DNA of 62,371 nucleotides, filler included, from 19 parts of 19 records of this genome joined end to end with filler, not necessarily neighbours in it, one strand, 5' to 3'; counted from the whole stretch's first letter, positions 40,510 to 53,710 are shown. A program made the numbers and translations. The notes: generated from the letters alone by a model not told the origin.

Positions 40510-43500
40510 TTTTTTTGTTGTAGTATGTCCCTTTGATGAAAACCAAATCTCCAGGCTTCATATCTTTCTCGCTTTTCACGTCTATAGGCAATGTATCTAA
40601 CATGTAGGCTTGATTCCAAGGCCCAATATCAAATCCAAAATCTTCTTTTAAATCCTTCAAGCATTTCCTTACCAAACCACAGCAATCCAAAAAGAAGGGA
40701 GATTCATATTCTGGATCTTGAAGAAAACAAAAATTCAAAAATTATATTTTTCTTTAATTTCAAACCTTCAGGAGTCCAATATTTCTTTCCATATGGAACT
40801 CCAATATAAGACCTTGCTTGTTCCATAAACTTTGCTCTAAGACGTTCTTTATGTTCTACATCTTGAAGATGTGACTTCTTCCTACTTCCACGATGCCTTT
40901 TCCGTTCCTTTCTTATTATTTTCTACATTTTTAAGTTGCATTTACGAAGTCTGATGACATCTTTACCTGACAGTATTAGAAAATCGTGCCAAATTGGAAT
41001 TAATTCCAATGCGGCCAGGTAAGACGCCAACAGAGATCTTTGATGATGATGACAAGTTTCCGAAACTTCGACCGATAAAAGCCTACCTTTTATACACTCT
41101 CTAGACGAGAATGCAAATTTGCACAAGTTACGCAAGTTATGGGATGACACGGAAATAGCAGAGGTAGGTAGGTAGTGAAATATTATTAATAATATTCATC
41201 GTCATCACCATATTTATAGAAGCCAGGTTGGCAAACATAGGATGAGGTTTGAAATTTGGACAGGAGAAAAAGAAGAGAGAAAAAGGCCAACTACACCTTA
41301 AGTAAACAGGTGAGAGAGAAAAGCTGCAGCACACCTGTATTAGTTCAAAACACAATAGAGGGGCTAAAGTTATACATTTACTATTATATATCCATCTAGA
41401 ACAACTAATTGTTCAATTATGAGCAATAGAAGAATCATAAAGCAGAGTCATCACTATTATTTCCAAGTTAGTATGTAGTTGGGTTGGTTGGTTTTGTTGT
41501 AGCTGGGAGGTAAAATGAACAACAACCATCTTGAAGCAAGAGAGCAAGCAAGCAAGTAAGAAATGAATGGCTTTTGTTTTGCAGAAGTAGTAGTAGCATT
41601 AATAATAATATATTGCAAACACATAGGTAAATAACGGTACATTGAATGATAAAGGAAAAGATCAATAATTGCTACTATTGTTATAAAGGGTGCTCCTGCC
41701 TCCTGAATGAAATGATCAATTGGGGCTATGTGAAGCTTGCAAGCAGCCAATCTAGAAAAACCACTTGAAAGGCACCCTACCGATCATCAGCCATCACTTG
41801 GACAAACAGGAATATTTAATAATGATGATGAGAAGGATAGTACTGACAAACATCCTTAGGAGAAGATTAAACATCCTTAGGTAGTGGACATTGGTCAATT
41901 TGACCAGGATGTTGAATAAATAAATAATAATGAAGTTTAGGCTTGGGAAACAACTGCTACAAATATTACATGATATTGCAACTTTAAAAATATATCATAG
42001 TACTACTATGATATATGTACATAATATACAATATGTAGTATATACATAGATACCCTTATTAATAATAATATACCTACTTTTAGTATACATTTTTCAACAT
42101 TATGATATATGATACAGTGGTACACACTTATATAAATAGTATTAGTGTAATACTATGTATTATATTTGATATTATTAATAAATATAATACTTTATTAACA
42201 AGTTATAATACTGTATTAGCAATTGGGTATTAGTAAATATAATTAGTTATTAAAACATATTAATTTAATAATTACTTCCTATTTTAGTAATTAATAGACA
42301 GTAATATAAGATCAATTTGATAGACATTTGTATACATTATCATAAAAGATAAATTCTCCATTATAATTTTAAATAGAATTAAACTATAATAATTATCAAT
42401 AAATAAAATTAGCAATTAGTAAATATTTATTATATATTTGACAGGTATTACTTACTAATAACATAATGCAGTAGGCTTACTTACATTCATATACATGTAT
42501 TTACATATTTGCTAAATTAAAAAAATATTTATAGTACATATCTTTCATATTATAAAATAATTATTCTCATTCTCTTTAATAACGTAAATAAAAATAATGA
42601 AAATAATAATATTTTCAATGTATAAGGCATATTTCTATAGCATTAATTACCGTAATACATATTATCGTATTATGTGTAGACAACAACAGAGCGGAGTAAA
42701 AGCTGGATTATAAATTGTACTTATAACTTATCCGCTAAAATCGATCATGATGATGAATAAAATTGAAAGTCACGTGATCATATACATCGCCATCTTTTTA
42801 CGGTCTGATAGGTATAGATTAATTACTGTCGTAAATTAAGCGTAAAATTGGTGTATATAGTGAACTACAGGTGGACAAATTGGAGAAATAATGACCATTA
42901 GGGTTGCTCAAAGGTAGGAGGCAAAAGATGAAAGAAGATAGCGTCAAGGTGTTAAGTGGCAAATACCAAACATGATCGGTCATTATTAATAATACATAAT
43001 AACAAATTTTATAGCGCTGCATAGATACATATGCTACACGTGGTGTAAAATAGGGTACGAGATATGAGTCGTAAGAAAACAAATATGTACACAATATAAC
43101 AATCCATATTTCTTGTTGTTATTATAAAGACTGTACACAGACACACACTCCTCATTATTGTTAATCCAACAATTCAAATTTTGAATTGTTCCTTCTCCAT
43201 GGAAATGTAGGTCCAAATCCAAAATGGCAACCACTATGGCTTTGACAATTTGAATGTACATAATACAGAAAAAAGTTTCCATAAAAAACATGAAAAAACT
43301 ACAACCGAATGTTTTCGAAACCCATTTTATATAACTGTAATAATCATTTTGAGCGTTCAACGTGCTAAGTTTTTTCGTAAAGTTATCATCAACATCACAA
43401 TATGCAATATAAGTAATACGTTATAAATTTGCGTAAATCATGGTACATACAGTAAATCCATGATCATCATACCTGTTTCTTCTTTCGAAACTTCTTAAAT

Positions 43501-43553
43501 GCTTCTTGCAAACTCACAGGCTCATCATCCACAGTGGTATCACAATACAGCAT
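40510..43553 (-). CDS. NlpC/P60-family cysteine peptidase-like protein, 3'-partial (exons 43473-43553, 40766-40922, 40510-40716)
   Basis: Spliced translation gives EQARSYIGVPYGKKY...FLDCCGLVRKCL...MKPGDLVFIKG, the YxGxPY / DCxG / PGDLVF pattern. 49-nt intron at 40717-40765. Attachment of the first exon is inferred from phase. Confidence 0.8.
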
Positions 43554-44278
43554 TTCTTAAGCTAGGTCAAAAAACAAAACTACATACAAAGAATTCATAA
43601 AAGGCTATAATAATAAGCAATAGGTACCTCTTGCAAACAAGTTTGAAACAACTTGCATGATACAGCCTCGTATCGTACATATCACGATTAGTAAATACCT
43701 AGGTATGTACACTGTACTTACTTTTTAGTACAATGTATACGCTAATTAGTCTACCTACATATGGTGTAACAGTGTTAGAGTAACATTATTGGCTTTGTTG
43801 CTCAGTGCAATCCATAGTCTGTGCTTACCGCGCATGTACAATGCACATATGTATTACAAACAATTGTAACTTACCACATTACTTGGTACTACATCATATA
43901 ATATTATTATATACAATAAATACATCTGTTAATAAGCTACATAAATAATTTATCATATGTACATAAATTATTTATCTAGGTAAGGTCTTTACAAAACTTT
44001 CATTCATGCTTAGGTATTTTCTGTGAGGCCTAAGGTAAACTTAGTAAAATAAAAAATACCTAAACGTTTTAGGTTATACACTGTATAACATAAAACGTTT
44101 ATTTTTTATTATTGTATTGTGCGTATTATATACAGTACGCCTACCTACGTACCAACTGTAAATATGTTTCACGTTTAANNNNNNNNNNNNNNNNNNNNNN
44201 NNNNNNNNNNNNNNNNNNNNNNTTAATTAATTAANNNNNNNNNNNNNNNNNNNNNNNNNNNNNNNNNNNNNNNNNNNN

Positions 44279-45803
44279 TTTAACTTGATGAAACTTGATC
44301 ATCAATGGAGAACAATTATGAGAGAAGCAAAAACGAAGGAATTGAAAAAGGAGATTGAGATAATGAGCCAAACCTTTGAAAGAATCATTGATGGAAAAGA
44401 TGCTACCATAAAGTCGTTGGCTAAAGACATCTCTGAAGCGCAAGAACAAAGCGCAATGAGTTCTAGAAAACATGAACAAAACATAGACACGTTGATAGGT
44501 ATATCAAATAAACTAGATGTAGTTCTGAAAGGTAATTTTTGCAGATTTTCAAAGAAGAACCATCAATGACTTAGAAACAGGGTACAACGAACAACTACAT
44601 ATACTAGAAGAAGAGTTCGACACAGAAAGGGAAAAGATTATGGAACATCACAGAAAAGAGATGGAGATGCTAAATAACATTGTGTATGGAATGGAGCAAG
44701 AATTCATCGAATGGGAAACAGAAACTAAAGCAGAATTTCAAAGCTTGAGAGATGAATTGAAGAACAGAAATGTGGAGGAAAAAGAAGCTCTTCGTGCTCA
44801 ACTCGAAATAAAGGTTCAAGAAATTTGGGAGCAATTCAAAGAAGCTATGGATAACTACAACCAAACTACTGAAGAAAGACGCCAAACCTTTGAACAGTTG
44901 CGAGAAAAGGATCAGGGCAACGCTAAGCTCATGGAACAACAAATGAAGAAGCTGCAAAAAAGAAGTGATGAAATAGCAGCAATCAAGGCTAAAATGGCTC
45001 AAAATGAAAAGGAATGGGAAGAGGCCAATAATGAAATAAAAAAGGTAAACAAGAAATTTAAAATAAGTTAATAATTTTATATAGCATTATCATCTACCAA
45101 AGTATTGTTTAAAAACGCATGTACTCTTCATAATAGAAAAAGGAAATAATGGCGCAAAAGTCACGGCAGTTAAAGGCTGAAGTCAACAGCGTTAGAGAAA
45201 ACAACAGGAAAAAATTAGCAATTTTAACCAAGCAAAGCAACGAAGCGCTAAATGGTCTAAAAGCAAAAATAGCAAAGGGTGAAAAAATTATTAAAACATT
45301 GGACCAATGTAGAAAAATTGAAACCGAGGCAGAAAAGGTTCTTCCTTTCTTTGGAACCATTTTAACCGAAGATGAAGAACAGGAAGTAAACGATGCTCTT
45401 CAGCAGATACCAAACGAACCTCTTGCGCAATGCATGTATAAATATGAGCAACTGGGCAATTTTTGGAAAAAGTTTAACAAAGTCAAGCTTGAAAGAGTTG
45501 CCATGGAAAGGGAAGAACAAGCATTACAGCAAGAAAATCTCCTCTTGCGTCGACAGCTAAAGCAGTATCTAGATGGTATATCTGTCAATGACGAAGTCAT
45601 CAGTGATGTAAACCCATTGGTTGTCGTTAACAATCAAGTTAATTTAAGGTAATCAATTAACGTGTCTTAAATTAAACGTTATGAAAAATATGCATTGCAA
45701 CTTTAGATCAATGGCCTTTTTTGACAAAAGAGTAAAGCCAGTACCAACTGTTACCATAGAGGGAGCCACATCAACTGCTGTGAAACATGCTTCCCATGAA
45801 TGA
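44279..45803 (+). CDS. CCDC65: Dynein regulatory complex subunit 2, 5'-partial (introns 44499-44544, 45045-45136, 45649-45706)
   Basis: QWRTIMREAK...QTFERIIDGKD, CRKIETEAEKVLPF, FWKKFNKVKLE, LKQYLDGISVNDEV. Coiled coil throughout. Confidence 0.93.
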
Positions 45804-45891
45804 TAACCGAATTTACGCTAATTAATAATTAATACCAATTATCAAAAATGTACATTTAAAAAAGGAAATATTATTCTGTCATGACTTAAAT

Positions 45892-46896
45892 TTACGTTAA
45901 CTAAATTAATCTCTAATAATTATCAATAAATGTTATATTGCTATACCTCAGAAAATGTTTCTGCTGCTCCTTGTTGAGGTTGTTGACCTTTAGTATATTC
46001 TGGAACTGGTGGGATCGTGTATGCTGGGACAGGTGGTACATTAGTTTGTATTGGAGGTATTGGAATCTTTTTCTTTTGTACAGGAGGTGTAACTGATGGT
46101 ATCCTGTGCAAGTAACCATAGCCAATACCACAGCCAAGACTTCCTTCACCTCCCCAAGCTGAATTTGGTACCACTGATACTTCTCTACAGCAATCCATGT
46201 CACTGTTGTATACAAACAGTTTAACTGTTCTACCAATGTTACTCTCAATCAAAATAAAGAAGTCTTCTGCCTAATTGTAACAAGAACTTAGCTACTTATA
46301 GCATTTGGTTACGCTATTGTGGTATAACTTACATCAAGCAAAGAAACTTCTGCTCCAATTACGTAGTCTGTGTATGCTTTAAATCCTGCCTCTGATGCCG
46401 GTGAATTTGGCTCTACATCCTAAACATAACATGGAAATTCCGCAATAATCCTAACTCAGTCCAAACAATACATACCAAAATGTGCCAAACATGCTCATTA
46501 ACACCCTCAAAGGAACAAAATCTGATGCTAACACCTAGAAGACCTTGACCACCCCAAAGATTACTTGGTAAAACGGCAACGTCTCTACACAGCATCGTTT
46601 TACTATTATACACGGTCAACATAGTTGATCTCTCAACATTCGCCTTTAGAATCTCCATTAATTTACCATCCTCTTTCAACTAAAGTATTCATACTTTGGA
46701 ATCATTGGTAGTGATATGCCTAATTATGGATATAATGATTGTACAATCATACCAATCTCACACCATTAACTGCTATAATGAAATCGAAAAAAGGTTGAAG
46801 TCCTGCCCTTTCTGCTGGTGAATTTTCTTGAACTTTTAAGACATGGTAGCCTTCTGTTCCACCACCAGGTAAATCCGTACTTTGCGATCCTCCCAT
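45892..46896 (-). CDS. GORASP2: Golgi reassembly stacking protein (GRASP55/65 family)
   Basis: Myristoylation start [60 protein letters not shown]. The last micro-exon (45892-45900) is inferred; the alternative stop is at 45941. Confidence 0.95.
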
Positions 46897-47199
46897 TGAT
46901 TAGCAAAAAACTACGAACGAACAAATTTTAAAATGTATGTATTGTAAAAATCAAAAACGCTAATTATATGAACATTCAAATTCAAAAGTTTAAAGATTTA
47001 TCCATTTCAAAAGAAGACAGTTATGAACATCTTTACATTTAATAAGGAAAACATTGTTCAGAATCCAGTATGTACAGCTGTAAAACATAATAATAATAAC
47101 TGTATAATTCCAAGAAATAAACAAAATCATTAACTTAATCATAAACTATGAATAATCAACAAAAACGCAAAAACTTGGCTTCAATTATTCAATACTCCA

Positions 47200-47894
47200 T
47201 TACTCCAATACAGCCGGCAATTTACAGGCGGAAAACTTGGCATTGTATATGAGTTCCTTTATAGGTTGCAAACTCTAAATTTACAAATTTTATTAATGTA
47301 TGTATTATTAAAATAACAAAAAAAAACTATAATACTATATTGCACACCCCATTATTAATGTAGCAATCACAAGCGTAACACCAATTACTTAAGTCACTAA
47401 ATGATAGGACAACATTATGGCCAGACGACTCAAAATGTCTCAACATGTGACGATTTACATATCGACCACAATAAACCTGGAAATATAAATACAAATTACA
47501 TTACGTAATCATGAAAATTAAAATGGTATTCTATTACTATAGAATACTCTAGTACTTTATAGCAACTAAGGCAAATCCAGTTTTCAGTTTTATCAAAACA
47601 GTCTTGGCATTGAGCAAAAGGATTTATTCGACGATTGGTTTGAAAAGAAGAAGGACAATGAGGGCAATCAGTTTTGGGCACAACATAAAACCCTTGCTGA
47701 TCGGCATCTTCATTATAATCACTTCCGCCAGAAGCTGTTGCCAACAGATTGGAATCGTCATATGCAGACGTTTCACAATTTTGGTAGATATTTTTTAGCA
47801 GGTCAATATCCACTTGGAGACCAATACTAGAAAATGAAGAAGAACATACTATAGTATTATGATTTATCAATGCTTTCCAGTGGAAAGTTTCCAT
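47200..47894 (-). CDS. HDAC6-type ZnF-UBP (BUZ) domain, 3' exons (ending 47556; 47348-47476; 47200-47274); upstream exons to about 48700 unresolved
   Basis: FYVVPKTDCPH...CQDC...ENWICLSCYK|VYCGRYVNRHMLRH...VLSFSDLSNWCYACDCYI...YNAKF closely follows the HDAC6 C-terminal domain. Confidence 0.9.
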
Positions 47895-49139
47895 AATTTC
47901 TACCGATTAAATGTGTCAGAAACATGAGCAGTGGAATCAATTTCCGGAACATTGATTGAAGTAATTCGCAATAAATCTGCCACAGAAGAATACACGAGAA
48001 ACTTAATAGAACAACCAGCTTTCTCGGACAACATAAGATTAAAACTGTCAATATTTCTAACCTATAAGGTAAAGTCTAATAACAATGTTCCGAGGAGTTA
48101 AAAATTGCAAAATTAGGACCATCGTTTTTGAAAAGAGCATTATGTATAAAACAGAATAACAGAAAATAAATAATTATTGCTAATTATAAATGGCATTTGT
48201 TATTAATAATTATATATTGTTGATTATTGTTCAATATGAACTCCCAATAGGTCTTACTATAAAATTCATTATAAAAGGTTATAGATCCTCTGCACGTAGG
48301 CGTTGTCGAAAATTGATTACCTTCCAATTGTTTGATTGCTAAAAAATGTAATCCCAATTGTTTATCAATGGGAAAATTGCTTCTTTGGAATCGATTAGAA
48401 AGATAGCAAATAATTGGGTCCAATTTGACTACTGCATTTACCAATTGCAAACGATTGATTTTTGAAATCAATTTCAAGCAATCTTTGAAAACGCCTAATT
48501 CTACGTAGAGAACATGTTTATTAATAATTAAACTTTAATTGATTTTCTTATTATTAATAAGCTCAATCTCCTGCTTTTACGATTGACTGCTGACTTAGGT
48601 AGTTGTACTAACTTCATGCACCTGGATATAATACTATTCAAAAATACCTACTTCTGTAGAAGAGAGCACAAGAACTATAACATCGCCTGATAGCAGACCA
48701 CATTTCTCAGCCACAGAATCACATTGAACAGACTAAAAATAAAAGCAGTACATCTACCATATATCAGTAACTTGGGTATAACTACTAAATTAGTAGTACT
48801 AATCATACACATAGGAATTCTTATTAATAATATTAAATACTACGGGACTGTTTACGTTAATATAATATGAATCATGTTACGAATCGCTAAATCTACCTTT
48901 ATCATACCGGTACAGACGGATACATATATGCATACGTATTACAGAGTCTGTGATACAGACTGTACTGCATAATTATGTAGTATGCAGTGCATACTGTGCA
49001 GTGCACGCTGTTTTATATTTTACCACTGCACATGTATGTNNNNNNNNNNNNNNNNNNNNNNNNNNNNNNNNNNNNNNNNNNNNTTAATTAATTAANNNNN
49101 NNNNNNNNNNNNNNNNNNNNNNNNNNNNNNNNNNNNNNN

Positions 49140-49548
49140 TGTTAATATTTTCTGGTGAACTTAGCACAAAAACAAGAATTTCAGATTTGTTATAATTGCA
49201 AGTAGTTTTTGGGTATTCAAGAAATTTAAAATTATACAAATTAGAGTTGTTTTGAATCTGGAAGAAATCATCTGGAATTCTGGTTGCTTCAGGTCTATAC
49301 AATTTTAAGAACGATTTCACAGAATCTTCAGTGACGTCATCAAGTTCACGATGGAAATCAAAATACTTTTTTGAAATGTTGCTAAATGCAAGATTTTTTC
49401 GTAATATTAGAATCCTTGGATTTGTGTTCTTTGGTGAAAAATACGTAGGATTATTCGTCAAAGAAAACAATATCAAAATAGTGACAATCGATAGCAATAT
49501 TGACAATATCGAGTATTTGTGGTTATTGCTTGAAATTTCTGTTTGCAT
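49140..49548 (-). CDS. GT31 beta-1,3-glycosyltransferase, N-terminal part (type II membrane protein)
   Basis: Short tail, TM helix, stem, then YPKTTC...ILVFVLSSPEN (start of the Galactosyl_T domain). Cut by the contig end. Confidence 0.7.
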
Positions 49549-50713
49549 TTCTTCAGACAATAATAACAAAAAGATTCTTTGAATAAACCATCATGACTGC
49601 CTCCAAGCTTTCACACTCATTAGTACATAGTAAATATACAGAAAGATAACAATAAAGGAACTATTATTAACATAATGAGATTCATTATTGATCAATTGTT
49701 ACCATAGCAATAATAGTGAGTCAGTGTGCGGATACGATGATAATCTTCCTATTGTAATAATGGTGAATAATAATGTTGCTATGGAATTACATGTAGCTTA
49801 TTCTACCAAGTATGCTTGTAAATATGCTAGGCCATGTGAAAGCAATAAACAGTGACGACATTATTATAATAATACCTATAAATACTGTGGTTCTATAATT
49901 AGTATTTATTAGTAATGATAAATACTGTAACCATGGAGCTAGAAGAGAAAACTCCATGGTACCTACTTATTAATAATATACCTACGTTTACTAGGCCTGC
50001 GTGAAAGCTTTGTTCGCAGAATATAGTAGGCGAGCATTTGAAAATAGCTATCGCCTAGGTACTATGTTTATTCTTATGAGTTTGATGTGATTTTGGGCCA
50101 AGCGATTATTATTAGAATACATTCAAATTCAGCGTACAAAATTTATTAATCTATTATTAATAAATAGTTTGAAACTTGCTTTATTATTATTAATAATAAA
50201 TCAAGAATTATTATTATTATTAGTAATTATAATCATGTCGCAAACAAAATATATTATTATTACTATTAATTATTGACTAAGTCTATATCAAAGCATTTTA
50301 TATATTCATAAGTACAAAGTTTGATCATAAGTTCATTCAGAATGTATAATAATAAAACTTTTCTGAGAGAGAATACAACTGCAATAACAGCAATCTACTT
50401 ATTATCAATAATAACTTCTATGTATTATTAATAATAACAATCGACTTATTATTAATTATAATAATTTCTATGTATAAAACCAAAGTTGGCCAAATTTATT
50501 AATTTAAAAGATGCAAGCAGATGTCACCTATATATGCACATTATCTATTAACAATCTATTCTCTATTAACAATCTATGCACATTACTATTAATTATTGAT
50601 TATTAAGCCTATATAAAAAGATTTTACAATGTAAAATTTGCGTGTTTATAAAAACAAAATTTGATCATTAGTTCAACTTGATTGTAATTGCACATTTCTC
50701 GGATAATAATCTC

Positions 50714-51010
50714 TTAGTAATGAATTAAACTAGAATTGTTAATTAAGGCATTCCAGTATGTTTGATTTATGTGATTCCAAATCATATCTGTTAGTTCTGA
50801 CACTTTGGGAAGGTTCTTTTTGTTGTTCCAGTGGCCTACAACACATCCAAAGGTTGACTTAATATTTTGATCTAAGCACTGCTCTTCTCCATATCCAGAT
50901 GCTATGGGGTACTTAAGATATCTGGGAATATCCATTCTTTCTGCTAAAACACCAGTCAAATAAACATCATCCATTGTTAATAATTTAGTCCATTTTCCCG
51001 CCAAAAATAT
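50714..51010 (-). CDS. GT31 beta-1,3-glycosyltransferase, last exon of a second tandem gene
   Basis: LLTMDDVYLTGVLAERMDI motif, later VVGH and MIW. Acceptor at 51011. Confidence 0.8.
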   Translation of the reverse strand: MFLAGKWTKLLTMDDVYLTGVLAERMDIPRYLKYPIASGYGEEQCLDQNIKSTFGCVVGHWNNKKNLPKVSELTDMIWNHINQTYWNALINNSSLIHY

Positions 51011-51407
51011 CTAAATATTATGCAGTTATTATTTAGTTAATAATATGCAGTTAATATTGTACAAGTTAATTTTAGTAAATACAGTCAATATATATATTAT
51101 ATAATAATAAGTTAATTAATTATTATACGATTATAAAATTAAAATTAATTATATTACTATTTATTATTTATTATATAATATAATTATATTGATATAATCA
51201 ATCTATTATGACTTTCATATTATTAATAACCATTATTATTAAATATTATAATCATTATAATGATAATATATAATTAATAAATATTTTAATAGCTAGTAAA
51301 TGATAATAATTATTATAATAGCTAGTAAATATTAATAATAACCACTAAGTACTAATTTTCATATTAAATGGTATAATTATTATTAACAATAGTAGTTAAT
51401 AAAAAAA

Positions 51408-51438
51408 ATCAAGTCAAGTCAAGTCAAGTCAATTTATT
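51408..51438 (-). mobile_element. 3' tail of a non-LTR retrotransposon
   Basis: Minus strand reads AATAAA followed by (TTGAC)4, the poly(A)-signal plus short tandem repeat tail typical of CR1/L2/RTE ends. Contig breaks here. Confidence 0.55.
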
Positions 51439-51623
51439 NNNNNNNNNNNNNNNNNNNNNNNNNNNNNNNNNNNNNNNNNNNNTTAATTAATTAANNNNNN
51501 NNNNNNNNNNNNNNNNNNNNNNNNNNNNNNNNNNNNNNTTTTGAAACACAGTAATATAGTATACTATCTATAGACGCCTACTATCAATATTTAATAAATA
51601 TTTGTAAATATTTCGTATTATAG

Positions 51624-52064
51624 ACTTGAACATCCGAAGTCAGGCAGGTACTTGGAAGTTATAACAGATAGACCGGCAATGCAGTGCTATACTGGCAATT
51701 TCTTGGATGGCGTTTCTGGTAAAGATCAATATGCCAAGCATGCTGCAGTTGCTCTTGAAGCACAGTCATATCCTAACGCAGTCAACAGGGTATCTGTTAC
51801 TACAACTAGATATTATTATTGACAATAGTTATTATTATTAATATATATTATAATATTAATTATAATTATTAAAAATAACAAATAAGTAGCTATAGAATCT
51901 ATAGCTACTTATTTGTTAAATAATTATTTATAGTATAGATACAGTATAGATATAGCAAATATGAATTATTATTTTTGATTTAGCCAAATTTTCCATCTTG
52001 TGTTCTGCGAGTGGGAGAAACTTTTAAAAGTAGAACTGTATACAAATTTGGACTACTTGACTAA
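51624..52064 (+). CDS. GALM: Aldose 1-epimerase (galactose mutarotase), last two exons (51624-51789, 51984-52064)
   Basis: SGRYLEVITDRPAMQCYTGNFLDG, ALEAQSYPNAVNR|PNFPSCVLRVGE...YKF. Not in the ORF track. Confidence 0.93.
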
Positions 52065-52518
52065 TGCCATTTTACATTTTACACTATGGGATGGTACTTT
52101 TATCATAGATCGCCCTCGAATTTTATTATTAAACTATTTATAAATTGTTTTCAGCTGCTGTCGTTATAATATATTTATTCTCCTCTAGGTATTCTTCCTA
52201 TTATTGAAAAATATTTATTAATAATAACTTAACAATGTTAGTAACAATAACAACAATATTATTATTAATTGTAATAGAAGTAATAATTACTAGTAATATA
52301 CATAAATATCAATTAGTAATGTGAGATAACAAATAGATCAATTTGTTCAGACTACCAAATATGGTAACATCGAGTAGTACTTACGAATAACTGTAGTTCG
52401 AACGATCAACAGCAAGCGATATCATTTTCATTTTCATTAATAAGCTTAAGCTTATTAAATAATTATTTAATAAATATAGTATTATTGGTGACATCTAGCC
52501 ATTATTATAATCCTCAAA

Positions 52519-53549
52519 TCACAAATTGCCACTATCTATATTGTTGTTACTAATAATGTTTGTGGAGGTTGGATAATAAGGAAAACATAAATCTAAAAAA
52601 TACAAAAAAAGTCCAAAAGCAGTATAAATTTTTGTCTATGTTATTATTATTAATAATAACATAGACAAGTTACCTATTTCACATATGAAGGATTTTTTCT
52701 GCGTGCAAGAGTTTGATTTAAAACCAAATTTAAGATTTTGAAAGTTAAAAAATGATCCGCAATGTTCTCCATACAGCCAAGGATCATCTAGTATAATAAA
52801 TAATACTGCAACATTCATAGAGTAGTAATATGATAGTACTACGTAACAATTGTTATTATTAATATATTAATAACACATTATTATAATATCACATAAAATA
52901 ATTAGATTATTGTTGATATGAATGATATCTACATGTCTGAAACATGTAGGCAGCGGCTGTACTGATAGTTGATAACCGACTATTGTAGTACCTGTCGAAA
53001 AGGGCAAGATGTACTCGCTTTGGGCGTAAACCATAGACATAATAGCCTGCCTATGTCTATGGCGTAAACATGTGCGACATCTGTTACCTTTGTCAAGCTC
53101 ATGACTAATTATATAAATGGAAATATGTTGTTTAACGATATAATAAGGCCTACATAATTGCATATGTTAGGCTCATTATAACATGTACCTTCAATGAAGG
53201 ACACTTTGTTTTTCATTCGATCTCCGTTATACCATATTATGTTATTAGGGTATGGAATGTATAGTCCAATATGAAAATCATAGTCGCTAAAAATAGGCAG
53301 TTAGGTTAGTAGTGTTGGCAATATCTATATTAGGTTTAGAAATTGAGTTTTACTTAATAATATCCTGTTTGAGAAAGAAATCAAGTTCTGCTTTGGATGC
53401 GACAGTAGCTAAATGGCCAACTTCAAATACTTCGCAAAATTTTTTTGCTTCATTCCATGTCTTGGGTTCATAGAAAATTTTAAAACAAGAACTTTTACGA
53501 AAGGTTTGGTATCCTTCAGGACAGTCTTTAATGCAGCTGAATGACCTAC
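52519..53549 (-). CDS. C-type lectin domain protein, 5'-partial (exons 53354-53549, 53189-53286, 52674-52787, 52519-52592)
   Basis: CPEGY...SCFK...TWNEAKKFC...GHLATV, FHIGL, EHC, CTQKKSFICE. No EPN/QPD or WND motif. Confidence 0.85.
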
Positions 53550-53710
53550 CTAAACGTACTTCTTAATTGTTTTAAGGTTTTATATTATATTATATAATAT
53601 AATTTATATANNNNNNNNNNNNNNNNNNNNNNNNNNNNNNNNNNNNNNNNNNNNTTAATTAATTAANNNNNNNNNNNNNNNNNNNNNNNNNNNNNNNNNN
53701 NNNNNNNNNN

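Noticed and set aside
42819-43360. Possible nested gene in the long NlpC/P60 intron (91-aa and 108-aa ORFs)
   Set aside because: Non-ATG starts, no recognisable motif and no convincing splice structure.
48652-48732. PDZ-like peptide SVQCDSVAEKCGLLSGDVIVLV on the minus strand
   Set aside because: Only 27 codons, and I could not join it in frame to downstream exons with a plausible intron.
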